The notes under the pieces are model-generated. The model had not been told where the DNA came from. It saw nothing but the letters and a program-made list of their open reading frames with translations, and searched no databases. A stretch of DNA of 64,000 bases, taken from positions 17,392 through 81,391 of the forward strand of contig JAJCZV010000101.1 in the NCBI GenBank assembly GCA_029262175.1, read 5' to 3'. Positions 44,815-55,085 of the stretch are shown in pieces (the first letter of the stretch is position 1; each line of letters begins with the position of its first letter). Source of the stretch: Gemmatimonadota bacterium. GTDB taxonomy: Bacteria > Gemmatimonadota > Gemmatimonadetes > Palauibacterales > Palauibacteraceae. The translations under genes and the position numbers were made by a program.

Positions 44815-46899
44815 CTATGAGGGGACGTTCGAGGTTCGCTTCGCTTGTACGCGGATCTGCTTCTTAGCCTCTTCCACCACCCGCTCGACGGTGAAACCGA
44901 ACTCTTGCTGCAGACACTCGATCGGCGCGGAAGCCCCGAACGTGTCCATACCGATGATGGCTCCGTTCATCCCGGCGTATCGCTCCCAACCGAAAGTGCT
45001 GGCCTGTTCCACGGCTACGCGGGCGGCGATTCGGTTGGGCAGGACGGACGCTCGATACTCGGCCTCTTGCTGCTCGAACAGTTCCCAGGAGGGCATGCTC
45101 ACCACTCGTGAGCGAATGCCTGCGGCCGTCAGCTCCTCATGAGCCGACGTGCATAGCGCGAGCTCGCTTCCACTCGTGAGTAGTAGCACTTCGGGGTCAC
45201 CCGCGGCGGGATCGGCAACCACGTATGCTCCCCGTGCGGTGCCCGCTGCCGACGCGTAATGCGTACGATCGATCGTGGGGAGGTTCTGGCGGCTCAACAC
45301 GAGCGCAACGGGTTCGTGACGCAAGGTCATTATTGTGCGCCAAGCTTCTGCCACTTCGTTCGCGTCCCCAGGGCGCAAGACGATCAGACCCGGTATCGCT
45401 CGGAGGGAGGCAAGGTGCTCGACGGGTTGATGCGTCGGGCCGTCTTCCCCTACGCCGATCGAGTCGTGCGTGAAGATGTGGATGACCGGGATTTCCATCA
45501 GCGCGGCCAATCGAATCGCGGGACGCGCATAGTCACTGAAGACCAGAAAGCCCGAACCGTACGCCCGAATCTTGCAGAGCGAGAGTCCATTGATGATCGC
45601 CGCCATCGCGTGCTCGCGGACACCAAAGTGCAAGTTCCGTCCACCCCGCTCTGTCGCGCTGAAGTCGCCTGCGTCGGCACGTTCGATCCGAGTCTTGGTC
45701 GAGGGTGTCAGGTCTGCAGATCCGCCGATGAGCCAGGGGACTTCTCCAGCGATCGCGTTGAGAACGGTACTGGAGCTGTTGCGACTAGCGATTCCCTTCT
45801 CGTCGGCTTCGAAGGTCGGGATCTTGGCGTCCCAGCCCTCCGGCAGCTCTCGCTTCTGCATCCGGTACAGACGGTCCGCGAGTTCAGGATGTGCGGCCTG
45901 ATATTCCTCGAAGAGTTCGAACCACGCGCCGCTCAGCGCGCTTCCGCGCGCACCGATCCCTGCCCGGAAATGTTCGACGACTTCCTTAGGGACGACGAAC
46001 TCCGCGTCCTCAGGCCAGCCATAATTGCGTTTTGTGAGCCGAATCTCGTCCACTCCCAGCGGCTCGCCGTGCGCAGCGCTGGTGTCCTGCTTGTTCGGCG
46101 CACCCCACCCGATGTGGCTGTCAACGATGACGAGCGTCGGTCGATCATCGGTCCGCAGAAACGTATCAAGCGCACGCCCGATCATCTCGAGATCGTTGGC
46201 GTCCCCGACTCTGAGCACGTTCCAACCGTACCCCATGAATCGAGTCGCCACGTCTTCCGTGAAGCTCAGGGCCGTGTGCCCCTCGATCGTGATTCGATTG
46301 CTGTCGTAGATCCAGCACAGGTTCGACAGCGCAAGGTGACCCGCTAGGGAAGCGGCCTCGCTCGACACACCTTCCATCATGCAGCCATCCCCAGCGATGG
46401 CGTACACGTCATAGCCGAACATCTCGAAGTCCGGGCGATTGAATTGCGCGGCGAGCCACTGGCTGGCGATCGCCATTCCCACTGATGTCGCGACACCCTG
46501 GCCAAGCGGACCCGTCGTGGTCTCGACTCCCGAGGTCCAGCGATACTCGGGGTGCCCCGGCGTGCGGCTTCCCATCTGTCGAAAGCGTTTGAGATCGTCG
46601 AGCGTCACCGAGGCCTCGCCGAGCACCTCATACTTGGGATTGACCGACTTGACCTCAGTCAGATGCAGAAGACTGTATAGAAGCGTCGAGGCGTGTCCGA
46701 TGGACAGGACGAAGCGATCCCGATTGGGCCAGATCGGACTCGCAGGATCGAATCGGAGAAAATCCTGCCAGATCGTATAGGCCACGGGTGCCATCGCCAT
46801 TGGCGTGCCCGGGTGTCCGGAATTGGCCGCCTGTACGGCGTCCATCGCCAGCGTACGAATCGTGTTGACTGCTTGGGTCTGGATGACGCTCTCGAGCAT
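44815..46899 (-). CDS. tkt: transketolase
   Basis: Motifs are SGHPGTPMAMAP, GHAS..LYS, the TPP motif GDGCMMEGVS, and THDSIGVGEDGPTHQP. Confidence 0.95.
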   Translation of the reverse strand: MLESVIQTQAVNTIRTLAMDAVQAANSGHPGTPMAMAPVAYTIWQDFLRFDPASPIWPNRDRFVLSIGHASTLLYSLLHLTEVKSVNPKYEVLGEASVTLDDLKRFRQMGSRTPGHPEYRWTSGVETTTGPLGQGVATSVGMAIASQWLAAQFNRPDFEMFGYDVYAIAGDGCMMEGVSSEAASLAGHLALSNLCWIYDSNRITIEGHTALSFTEDVATRFMGYGWNVLRVGDANDLEMIGRALDTFLRTDDRPTLVIVDSHIGWGAPNKQDTSAAHGEPLGVDEIRLTKRNYGWPEDAEFVVPKEVVEHFRAGIGARGSALSGAWFELFEEYQAAHPELADRLYRMQKRELPEGWDAKIPTFEADEKGIASRNSSSTVLNAIAGEVPWLIGGSADLTPSTKTRIERADAGDFSATERGGRNLHFGVREHAMAAIINGLSLCKIRAYGSGFLVFSDYARPAIRLAALMEIPVIHIFTHDSIGVGEDGPTHQPVEHLASLRAIPGLIVLRPGDANEVAEAWRTIMTLRHEPVALVLSRQNLPTIDRTHYASAAGTARGAYVVADPAAGDPEVLLLTSGSELALCTSAHEELTAAGIRSRVVSMPSWELFEQQEAEYRASVLPNRIAARVAVEQASTFGWERYAGMNGAIIGMDTFGASAPIECLQQEFGFTVERVVEEAKKQIRVQAKRTSNVPS

Positions 46900-46913
46900 C
46901 GTGTGGCTCCGTG

Positions 46914-47831
46914 TCAGGTCGCGTAAATCTCAGAGATGCGCCCCAGAAGCTCGAGCGCGCTCGATCGGGGACGCTGGAATGTGTTTCGACCAATGATTGA
47001 GCCGAAGCCACCGCCGTCTCGAACGGCTTGGGCTGCTTCGAAGATCGTGTCGTCATCGTTCTTCTTCGCACCTCCCGAAAAGATCACGATTCGGCGGCCG
47101 TCGAACGCGCTTTGAACCACGTGGGCGACACGCTCAGCTAGGGTTGTCTTCGGGATGTCGTAGTCGTTGTAGGTGCCGACCGCAGCATCTTGTTCGATAC
47201 GATCACTGGGGAGCTTCACTTTGATGATATGGGCACCGAGTTGCGCGGCGATCTGGGCGGCGTAGGCGACCACATCGAGCGCGGTTTCTCCGTCGTTGGA
47301 AAGGTCACTGCCACGCGGGTACGACCAGAGCACAGTCGCCAGCCCGGCGGACTTCGCTTCGAGGATGACCTCCCGGGCCTGCTCGTAGAGAACTCTGCGG
47401 TCCGCGGAGCCGGGGTAGATGGTGTAGCCGACGGCGACGCAGCCCAGACGAAGCGCGTCCCGAACGCTTCCGGTCAATGCTCCGAGCGGATCGGGCTCGG
47501 CGTGCAGGCTGTCGTGGTTGTTCAGCTTGAGGATCAGTGGCACCGCGCCGGGGAAGTCGGCCGCGCCGGCCTCCAAGAAACCGAGCGGTGCGGCATAAGC
47601 CGAGAGACCGGCGTCGCGCGCGAGCTGGAAATGGTAGTGCGGATCGTACGCCGGCGGATTCGGCGCGAAGCTGCGCGCCGGCCCGTGCTCGAAACCCTGG
47701 TCGACCGGGAGGATCACGAGTCTTCCTGTCCCCGCTAGAGTGCCGTGATTCAGGAGACGGGCGAGGTTGGTCAGTGTTCCCGGGTTGTCGCTGCGGTACC
47801 AGCTGAGAATCTCGTTGACTCGAGCGTTCAT
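46914..47831 (-). CDS. fbaB: class I fructose-bisphosphate aldolase (FbaB/DhnA type)
   Basis: ATG 47831 has GGAGG upstream and overlaps the glk stop (ATGA). Motifs are LAGTGRLVILPVDQGFEHGP, VLWSYPRGS, IIKVKL and GRNTFQR. Confidence 0.85.
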   Translation of the reverse strand: MNARVNEILSWYRSDNPGTLTNLARLLNHGTLAGTGRLVILPVDQGFEHGPARSFAPNPPAYDPHYHFQLARDAGLSAYAAPLGFLEAGAADFPGAVPLILKLNNHDSLHAEPDPLGALTGSVRDALRLGCVAVGYTIYPGSADRRVLYEQAREVILEAKSAGLATVLWSYPRGSDLSNDGETALDVVAYAAQIAAQLGAHIIKVKLPSDRIEQDAAVGTYNDYDIPKTTLAERVAHVVQSAFDGRRIVIFSGGAKKNDDDTIFEAAQAVRDGGGFGSIIGRNTFQRPRSSALELLGRISEIYAT

Positions 47832-48874
47832 TGGTCCTCCGAAAGAGTCTTGGGAGAAGCCGTGCCCGAAACGAAATCCGGACCCTCGAGGTCGCCGAGT
47901 CCCTTGCAGGCCGCTCCAAAAAGAGCCGCCTCCGGATTGAGGATGACCCGGACCGGTATGGAGTCCATGACCGGACGCAGCCGGCCTTTGGCGAGGAACG
48001 CTTCCCTGAAGGGGCCGGCCCCGAGCGATCCGAGCAGGCGAGGTGGAATACCGCCGCCGAGATAGACGCCTCCGGTAGTCAGGCCCGCCAAAGCCACATT
48101 GCCGGCCTTGGCTCCCAAAATCTCGGTGAACAACTCGAGACTCGCCGCACATCTCGGACAAGGATCAGCAGGATCCTGGGCCGCGTTCACGATGATCGGC
48201 GTGCGATCATCCGCGGAAGCGAGCGCTCTTTCGACCCGGTCGAGTACCGGCACAACACCTTGAAACGCGATGAAGTCATAGAGATTGGGAATCCCGAGAC
48301 CCGAGCACACGCGCTCGTAACTCACGTGCTCATGAGTTTGCCAAAGATATTCCAGAAGCTGCGCTTGCCGAGTGTTGGCCGGCGCGAAGTCGACGTGTCC
48401 CCCTTCGGAGGGGAAGGCGATGACCGCGTCGTTCTCTCTCGTCGCAAACGCTTGACCGAGACCCGTTCCGGGTGCGACGATCGCGATGGGCCCCCTCGGG
48501 TCACCCGTCGCGTGAACGATCGTTTGGAGCTCGTCGCCTCTCAGGTAGGGTACCCCGTGTGCGACAGCGACGAGATCATTGAACAAGCGTACGCTTCGGA
48601 AGCCGAACTCGGCAGTCAACGCTGCCGCGTCGATGATCCAGGGGAGGTTGGTTGTTTGTGCGCGACCATCGCTGACGGGACCAGGGACACCCAGTGACAC
48701 GTGTGTCACGGGGCTTGGAGTCGACTCCAAGAGGCCCCGGCACAACTCTTCGAAGCTGTCGTATTCGCGACTTGGGACCGTTACGCGCGCGATCGGGTTT
48801 CGCGGCCCGTCTGCGGTATCGAAAACACCGAGCGTCGTTTTCGTGCCCCCGACATCGCCCGCAAGCAACGTCAT
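47828..48874 (-). CDS. glk: glucokinase
   Basis: ATG 48874 has GGAGG upstream. Motifs are LLAGDVGGTKTTLGV and the ROK/glucokinase pattern GTGLGQA. It is the first gene of the sugar-phosphate operon. Confidence 0.9.
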   Translation of the reverse strand: MTLLAGDVGGTKTTLGVFDTADGPRNPIARVTVPSREYDSFEELCRGLLESTPSPVTHVSLGVPGPVSDGRAQTTNLPWIIDAAALTAEFGFRSVRLFNDLVAVAHGVPYLRGDELQTIVHATGDPRGPIAIVAPGTGLGQAFATRENDAVIAFPSEGGHVDFAPANTRQAQLLEYLWQTHEHVSYERVCSGLGIPNLYDFIAFQGVVPVLDRVERALASADDRTPIIVNAAQDPADPCPRCAASLELFTEILGAKAGNVALAGLTTGGVYLGGGIPPRLLGSLGAGPFREAFLAKGRLRPVMDSIPVRVILNPEAALFGAACKGLGDLEGPDFVSGTASPKTLSEDQ

Positions 48875-48994
48875 GAGCAGGAGGCCTCCGGGTGGCGGGC
48901 ACAGGCGTAGGATTGCAAACAACGTACTCTACGGTACACAGACGGCTCCTAGCTCGGGTCTCGAAATCTTACACTTTCGCGATCGGGCGTTGTC

Positions 48995-49068
48995 GGACAC
49001 CCGATTGGGGACGGACCCCCGATTGGGGACGGACACCCGATCGCGGACGCACTCCCGATGTTGACCCG
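48995..49068. repeat. four tandem copies of an 18-bp unit, degenerating 3'-ward
   Basis: The copies are ACACCCGATTGGGGACGG, ACCCCCGATTGGGGACGG, ACACCCGATCGCGGACGC and ACTCCCGATGTTGACCCG. They lie in the 345-bp intergenic region between the TauE stop (49220) and the glk start (48874). Confidence 0.8.
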
Positions 49069-49219
49069 GTGAGAACCGGCGTCGGGAAGTCTTGAAAGTG
49101 TCTGTGTCTTTACTGGAAGGTTTGAGGCGGGTCGCGCACCAAAGGTTACAGACCGTTGCTATGCCTCACTGGGGCCGGTGCGAGGACAGGTCGCGCCGCA
49201 CCGAGGACGTCCGAAACGG

Positions 49220-50080
49220 TCAAGTGAGAATCGCATCACCGAGCATGAGAGCGCCTACCAACAAGAATAGGACCCCCAGCGCTCTCTCTAGCGTGTGTTG
49301 CGGGATCCGACTGGCCACGGCCGCGCCGAGCTGCCCACCGACAATGACGCCAGGTACCGTGAAAATCACGAGGCTGAGGACCGTGTCCATCGCGTCGCCG
49401 CCGGATTGAATGAACTTCACCAAATGCCCTGTCGCCGCCACGAGCGCCGTGACCGCAACCACCAGAACGCTAGTCGCGACGGCGACGCGACTGGGAACCT
49501 TGCAACGTCGAAGCAGGAAGTACCCATTGAGCTCTCCCAGTCCCGTCGAGATCAGTCCCATAAACGCGGCACCGACGCCGGAAACGATCAAGCCCTCCGC
49601 GCGGTTGCACACGCGGTAGCAGATCGTTTCCCCCTCGGCCGAAACGAGACAGGAACGGTCTGCGGATTGTCCGTACGTAGCGGCGATGTCCGCGTCGGCA
49701 TCAGCGGTCTCTTGCTCAGGAGGGGAACGCAAGTAGCTCAAGGCTACGGCGAAGAGTCCGACACCGAGAATCGCCTTGAGCACGGCCGGATCCGCTAGCC
49801 CGGAAAGCCACGTCCCAACCAGTGCCATCGGCACGGTGACGGTCAGCAGGGTGCGCGCCAATCGATAGTCGATCAACTTGCGTCGGACGTATGCAACCAC
49901 TCCACTCGAGAAGCCGAATACCTCGGTTATCAGACCTGTGCCAATCGCCACATCCGCCGGAAGACCCAGGCCGAGTAGGAAGAGCGGCGCGAAAAACGTC
50001 GCGCCCTCGACGCCGGACGCCATCGCGACGGTCGCGATCACGAGGGAAGTCGGAAGCATGTACCAGAACTCGAACGTCAT
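49220..50080 (-). CDS. TauE/SafE-family anion exporter membrane protein
   Basis: ATG 50080 gives MTFEFWYMLPTSLVIATVAMASGVEGATFFAPLFLL. The protein is polytopic with a duplicated 4-TM pattern and ends LLVGALMLGDAILT. Confidence 0.8.
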   Translation of the reverse strand: MTFEFWYMLPTSLVIATVAMASGVEGATFFAPLFLLGLGLPADVAIGTGLITEVFGFSSGVVAYVRRKLIDYRLARTLLTVTVPMALVGTWLSGLADPAVLKAILGVGLFAVALSYLRSPPEQETADADADIAATYGQSADRSCLVSAEGETICYRVCNRAEGLIVSGVGAAFMGLISTGLGELNGYFLLRRCKVPSRVAVATSVLVVAVTALVAATGHLVKFIQSGGDAMDTVLSLVIFTVPGVIVGGQLGAAVASRIPQHTLERALGVLFLLVGALMLGDAILT

Positions 50081-50111
50081 CGCCACCCCGCTCGCGTCGA
50101 GAATCGAATAG

Positions 50112-52802
50112 CTAGCACGCCGGCTCATGCTCGTCCCGCGGCACCGCGACGCCGCGCATGAGCTCCGCCACCAAGGCCGTCCACCCGGTCTGATGTGAGG
50201 CTCCGACTCCTCGACCAGTATCGCCATGGAAGTACTCGTAGAACAAGACGTGGTCTTTGAAATGGGGATCGGTCTGCAGTTTCTCGTATTCGCCAAAGAC
50301 GGGGCGCCTGCCCTTTTCGTCCTTCAGAAACAGCCCGGTCAGGCGACGGCTAAGCTCGTCCGCGACGCCGTGCAGCGTCGCATAACGTCCTGAACCCGTC
50401 GGGCATTCGACCTTGAAGTCGTCCCCGTAGTATTGATGGAAGCAAAGCAAGGACTCGATAAGGAGGAAGTTGACGGGAAACCAGACCGGCCCACGCCAGT
50501 TGGAGTTCCCGCCAAAAAAGCCGGAGCTCGACTCGGCGGGCTCGTATTGGACGGTGTGCGTGCCGCCGTCCCAACGGAACTCGTACGGGTGATCGCGGTG
50601 ATGACGGGAAAGAGCTCGGATTCCATACGGCGAGAGAAACTCCTCTTCATCGAGCATGCGGGCCAACAGCCGCGTCATCCGGTGGCCTCGCAGAAGCGAG
50701 AGCAGGCGTCGCTTCCCGTGCCCCGGGACGTCCCAGTGCGATACGAGCGCGGCCAACTCCGGTTTGTTCTTCAGATACCAGTTTAGCCTCTGCTCGAAGT
50801 CCGGTAGGCGCGACAAGGACACCGGATCGAGAACGGCCACCGCGAACAGCGGGATGAGACCCACCATCGATCGTACCTTTAGAAGTGCGTGGTCCCCATC
50901 AGGAAGGTGAATGGCATCGTAGTAGAACTCATCCTCCTCGTCCCAAAGCGCAATCCCGTCACCGCCCATGTTCGTGAGCGCCTGGGCGATGTGGAGGAAG
51001 TGCTCGAAGAACTTCGAGGCGACGTCCTCGTAGACGGGATTGTCCAGGGCTAACTCGGTAGCAATCTGGAGTAGGTTCAGCGAGTACATCGCCATCCAGC
51101 TCGTACCATCCGCTTGGTGCATATGACCACCAGTAGGGAGCGGGGCACTCCGATCGAACACGCCGATGTTGTCGAGGCCGAGGAACCCGCCCTCGAAGAT
51201 GTTGTGTCCATCCGGGTCCTTGCGGTTTACCCACCAAGTGAAGTTGAGCAACAGCTTGTGGAAGATCCGTTCGAGAAACGCACGATCACCCTTGCCCGTG
51301 ATCTCTCTCTCGATTTGATAGACCTTCCACGCCGCCCAAGCATGGACCGGCGGGTTAACGTCTCCGAACGCCCACTCGTACGCCGGCAGCTGCCCATTCG
51401 GGTGCATGTACCACTCGCGCGTGAGGAGGAGCAGCTGTCGCTTTGCAAATTCTGGGTCGAGCCGGGCTAACGGGATCGCGTGGAAGGCCAGATCCCACGC
51501 CGCGTACCAGGGATACTCCCAGGCGTCAGGCATCGACAGCACCTCGCGATTGTCGAGGTGCTTCCATTCGTGATTTCGCCCGTTTCGCCGTCCTTCAGGC
51601 GGCGTTGGCTCGGCCAGGTCTCCCTGCAGCCACCGCGAAACATCAAGGTGGTAGAACTGCTTGCTCCAGATCAGGCCGGCGTACGCCTGGCGTTCTACGG
51701 AGCGCTCATCGGCGTTGCGACCCTCGAGTAGCCACTCGTAGAACTCGTCCGCTTCGCGTTGGCGCAGGTCGAATATGTGCTCGAAATCGCCGAACGGATC
51801 GTTCGCCGGGCTCGGGCCCAGCTTCAGCCGAACTTGCTTCGTCTCGCCGCCGTCCAAATCGAGTACGTATAGGAGACCCGCCTTCGTGCCGCGCTTCGAC
51901 GGATCCACCGCTGCGGCGCGCTCGGCCACGATATACTCGTGGAACGCGTCCTTGAAGAATCCCTCCTCGGACGAACCCCCGTGCTGCTGCCCGTGCGTTT
52001 CGTTTTCAGTAAAGAGCGGAGTTGCTTCGCCATCCCCGTAGATGAAGATCGGTCCCGATTCGAGACCCGACACATCCAAAGCCCCGCCGGGCGCTAGAGC
52101 GATTTGAGGCGGAGTACTGTCGTCCCATGCCCAGGTGTTCCGGAGAACGAACTGTGGGATGAGATGTAGCCGCGCCGCGTCGGGCCCCCGATTCGTCACC
52201 GAGATCTTTAGGAGGATGTCATCGGGACCGGCCTTCGCGTACTCGACGAGGACGTCGAAGTAGCGATCCTCGTCAAAGATACCGGTATCGAGCAGCTCGA
52301 ACTCATCCTCGCTCACGCTGCGAGCGGCGTTCTCCGCGACAAGCTGCTCGTACGGAAACTCGGCCTGTGGATACTTATAGAGGGTCTTCAGATACGAGTG
52401 CGACGGCGTGGCATCCAAGTAGTAGTAGATCTCCTTGACGTCCTCGCCGTGATTCCCCTCAGAATTCGTAAGCCCGAATAGGCGCTCCTTCAGGATCGGA
52501 TCCCGGCCATTCCACATTGCTATGGACAGGCAAAGGCGTTGATCCGAATCGCTGATGCCGGCGATGCCATCCTCTCCCCATCGATACGCCCGACTTCTCG
52601 CGTGATCGTGGGTGAAGTAGTCCCAAGCGTTGCCGTCAGGGCTGTAGTCTTCCCTTACAGTGCCCCACTGTCGTTCGCTCAGATACGGACCCCAGCGCCA
52701 CCAACGGCGATCCGAATTCTCGCGGATCCGTGCGCGTTCGGCGATCAGGTTTGGGCGCTCGTGAGGCGACTCAGGTTGGCTGTCTCGTTCTGGTTTCGAC
52801 AT
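50112..52802 (-). CDS. GH63-like glucosidase (MGH1-like glycoside hydrolase)
   Basis: The N-terminus is [40 protein letters not shown]. The C-terminal (alpha/alpha)6-type region contains WDLAFH and GGFLGLDNI. Confidence 0.8.
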   Translation of the reverse strand: MSKPERDSQPESPHERPNLIAERARIRENSDRRWWRWGPYLSERQWGTVREDYSPDGNAWDYFTHDHARSRAYRWGEDGIAGISDSDQRLCLSIAMWNGRDPILKERLFGLTNSEGNHGEDVKEIYYYLDATPSHSYLKTLYKYPQAEFPYEQLVAENAARSVSEDEFELLDTGIFDEDRYFDVLVEYAKAGPDDILLKISVTNRGPDAARLHLIPQFVLRNTWAWDDSTPPQIALAPGGALDVSGLESGPIFIYGDGEATPLFTENETHGQQHGGSSEEGFFKDAFHEYIVAERAAAVDPSKRGTKAGLLYVLDLDGGETKQVRLKLGPSPANDPFGDFEHIFDLRQREADEFYEWLLEGRNADERSVERQAYAGLIWSKQFYHLDVSRWLQGDLAEPTPPEGRRNGRNHEWKHLDNREVLSMPDAWEYPWYAAWDLAFHAIPLARLDPEFAKRQLLLLTREWYMHPNGQLPAYEWAFGDVNPPVHAWAAWKVYQIEREITGKGDRAFLERIFHKLLLNFTWWVNRKDPDGHNIFEGGFLGLDNIGVFDRSAPLPTGGHMHQADGTSWMAMYSLNLLQIATELALDNPVYEDVASKFFEHFLHIAQALTNMGGDGIALWDEEDEFYYDAIHLPDGDHALLKVRSMVGLIPLFAVAVLDPVSLSRLPDFEQRLNWYLKNKPELAALVSHWDVPGHGKRRLLSLLRGHRMTRLLARMLDEEEFLSPYGIRALSRHHRDHPYEFRWDGGTHTVQYEPAESSSGFFGGNSNWRGPVWFPVNFLLIESLLCFHQYYGDDFKVECPTGSGRYATLHGVADELSRRLTGLFLKDEKGRRPVFGEYEKLQTDPHFKDHVLFYEYFHGDTGRGVGASHQTGWTALVAELMRGVAVPRDEHEPAC

Positions 52803-52825
52803 TCGCTCGCGATCGGATGGTCCGA

Positions 52826-52846
52826 GCGTCTGGCATATCCAGACGC
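52826..52846. promoter_or_regulatory. perfect 8-bp inverted repeat upstream of the GH63 gene
   Basis: GCGTCTGG-CATAT-CCAGACGC lies 24 nt upstream of ATG 52802, in the divergent region shared with the ECF sigma gene at 53079. Confidence 0.4.
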
Positions 52847-53078
52847 AAGGTGAAAACCGAAGCCGTGACGCGTACTTTGATTCGCGCGGCAGTCCAACGA
52901 GGGTTTGGATGCAGTGGGACGGCTGAGGTTACATCAGGGCGGTGCGGGTGCCAACGCCTTGAGATGAACTCGTTGGGAGCGAGGGATCTTCCTGCGCAGT
53001 TTCGGTGTTTGGCGAGAGCGCGAAGGAGACGAGATTCCCGACGTACCTAAGGCCGAAAGCCGGCGAGCGCTACTAACT

Positions 53079-53690
53079 GTGTCAAGCGTGTCGAACCTCA
53101 AACAACATACTGAGACCGAGCTCCTGGAAGGTCTGCGGGCAGGCGATGAAGGCTGCGCCAGACAGCTGGTCGAAGCGCACGCCGGTCGAATGCTGGCGGT
53201 CGCTCGGCGGTTCTTGGATGACGAGGATGCGGCCCAAGACGCGGTGCAGGACGCGTTCGCTTCGGCGTTCGCGGCCATCGACCGCTTCCGCGGCGACTCG
53301 GCACTCGGAACGTGGCTCCACAGTATTTTGGTGAATGCTGCGCTCAAACGGGTCCGGGCAGACCGGCGACGCCACGAGATCAGCTTGGATGACCTGATGC
53401 CGGTCTTCGACGGCAATGGCTGCCGTCTGGAGCCGCTACAGGGTCGGATTTTGCCTGTGGATCAGCTTCTCGAGCGGCAGGAGGTCCGCGACGGCGTCCG
53501 CAAAGCGATAGCCTGCCTGCCCGAGGGCTATCGAGCCGTGGTGTTGCTGCGCGATATCGAGGGATACAACACGGATGAGGCCGCCGCCGCGCTCAGCATT
53601 TCTGTGGGGGCCCTCAAGGTGCGCCTGCACCGGGGACGCGCGGCCCTCAAGCGTCTGCTAGAGCCCTTGCTGGAAGAGGGAATGTCATGA
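53079..53690 (+). CDS. ECF sigma factor (RpoE-like)
   Basis: Region 2 reads DAAQDAVQDAFASAFAAIDRFRGDSALGTWLHSILVNAALKRVR. Region 4 reads YRAVVLLRDIEGYNTDEAAAALSISVGALKVRLHRGRAALKRLL. The start is GTG. Confidence 0.85.
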   Translation: MSSVSNLKQHTETELLEGLRAGDEGCARQLVEAHAGRMLAVARRFLDDEDAAQDAVQDAFASAFAAIDRFRGDSALGTWLHSILVNAALKRVRADRRRHEISLDDLMPVFDGNGCRLEPLQGRILPVDQLLERQEVRDGVRKAIACLPEGYRAVVLLRDIEGYNTDEAAAALSISVGALKVRLHRGRAALKRLLEPLLEEGMS

Positions 53691-53691
53691 A

Positions 53692-54051
53692 ATGGTGCGG
53701 CAACGTGATAGCGGCACCCCGGCAGGTCAGGTCGTGAATATCTACCGGAAGCTAATGAGGAGGGTACGGTGGGTCCTTTCTCGCGCGCCACACATGATTC
53801 GGTGCAGCGAGTTCGAGGACTTTATCCTTGACTACCTAGACGATGACCTGCCTTCGGCCGAGCAGCGCAAATTCGATTTCCACCTACGATTGTGCCCGGA
53901 GTGCCGCATCTATCTGGACGCCTACCAAACATCCGTAGCGCTCGGAAGAGCGGTCTGCGACGAACTCGACGATGCGATTCCGGAAAGCGTGCCCGAGGAT
54001 TTGGTCGCGGCTGTGCTTGCGGCTCGGGAGTTCGGATACGAAGGCGGATAG
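53692..54051 (+). CDS. small cytoplasmic ZAS-type anti-sigma factor
   Basis: ATG 53692 lies 1 nt after the sigma stop. By alignment to the paralog, GTG 53734 is an alternative start. The motif is C-x25-H-x3-C-x2-C (MIRCSEFEDF...FHLRLCPEC). There is no TM segment. Confidence 0.75.
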   Translation: MVRQRDSGTPAGQVVNIYRKLMRRVRWVLSRAPHMIRCSEFEDFILDYLDDDLPSAEQRKFDFHLRLCPECRIYLDAYQTSVALGRAVCDELDDAIPESVPEDLVAAVLAAREFGYEGG

Positions 54052-54221
54052 GGATGCTTGGCCCGAGCTTCTCCCCTAGCTAAGCAAATCCGTTCGTGAT
54101 CGATGGCCATCGCCGCCACTGCAACCTGAAAGCTCCAACTTCCGCTCTAGCAGGGACGAACGACGGTGTAAGCGCGTTGCCGCAGAAGCCCAGGACGCGT
54201 GGGCCAGCGAAGGAGAGGACG

Positions 54222-55085
54222 ATGACGAAGCACTCAAGGGGAGAGCGAACGGCCGAAAACGGGGGCTCCCGCCTGGCCGTTGTGTTCTCGGGGGGCGGGA
54301 GCAAAGGCGCCCTCCAGGTGGGCCTGTATCGCGCCATGGTCGACATGGGGTTGCGGGCGGATCTGGTGCTGGGTGCCAGCGTGGGTGCTCTCAACGCTGC
54401 CTTCGTCGCTGCCGCCGTCGGCCCCGACGTCCTTGCTGCCGGCTGGGCCGACCTCTCCTTCCGACGCCTCTTCGGATTCAACTGGCGGATTCTCTTGCGA
54501 GGTAGCGCGGCGGCGAGCCTCTTCTCCTCCGCACGGCTGCGTCGGATCGTATGCGATGGCCTTCCCGTGCAACGCTTCGATGAGCTTCCGACCCCGCTCA
54601 CGGTGATCACCACGCACATGGGTCTCGGCGAAGCGTGTGTGTGGGAGCGCGGGAATATCGCGGACGCCGTGGTCACCAGCTGCGCGATACCGGGGCTCCT
54701 ACCACCCGTTTTCGCACACGACGGGATTCCCCACATCGACGGATCACTCGCCGACAACCTCCCGATCGACCTCGCCCGCGAACGCGGTGCGACCCACGTG
54801 ATCGCCATGCACTGCCGTACCTGCGCCGCGTGTGTGCCACGGGCCACGCACCTTCGCGACGTGCTCGGCGCGGCCTTCGGCATCGCCGCGGACTGCAGGC
54901 TTCGGATGATGGAGAACCGGTATCGCGCGGACCCCAACGTCTTGTTACTCCAGCCCGAGTTGGGTGAGGCGGTCGCGACGCTCGACTTCTCACAAGGGGA
55001 GCGACTCGTCCAACAGGGCTATGACTACGCCGCCCCGCGGCTCGAGGAATGGCTCGCCCATCAGCCGACGCTACGCTCGCGCTGA
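54222..55085 (+). CDS. patatin-like phospholipase
   Basis: ATG 54222 has the SD GAAGGAGAGG. The oxyanion motif is GGGSKG, the nucleophile elbow is GASVG, and the catalytic Asp lies in DGSLADNLP. Confidence 0.85.
   Translation: MTKHSRGERTAENGGSRLAVVFSGGGSKGALQVGLYRAMVDMGLRADLVLGASVGALNAAFVAAAVGPDVLAAGWADLSFRRLFGFNWRILLRGSAAASLFSSARLRRIVCDGLPVQRFDELPTPLTVITTHMGLGEACVWERGNIADAVVTSCAIPGLLPPVFAHDGIPHIDGSLADNLPIDLARERGATHVIAMHCRTCAACVPRATHLRDVLGAAFGIAADCRLRMMENRYRADPNVLLLQPELGEAVATLDFSQGERLVQQGYDYAAPRLEEWLAHQPTLRSR

Noticed and set aside
48995-49068. Possible CRISPR array.
   Set aside because: The repeats are directly adjacent with no spacers, there are only four degenerate copies, and there are no cas genes in the window.
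48892-49095. A 67-aa plus-strand ORF encoding TPDWGR-type hexapeptide repeats.
   Set aside because: It is a by-product of the 18-bp tandem DNA repeat in an intergenic region. It has no SD and is too short and low in complexity to support as a gene.
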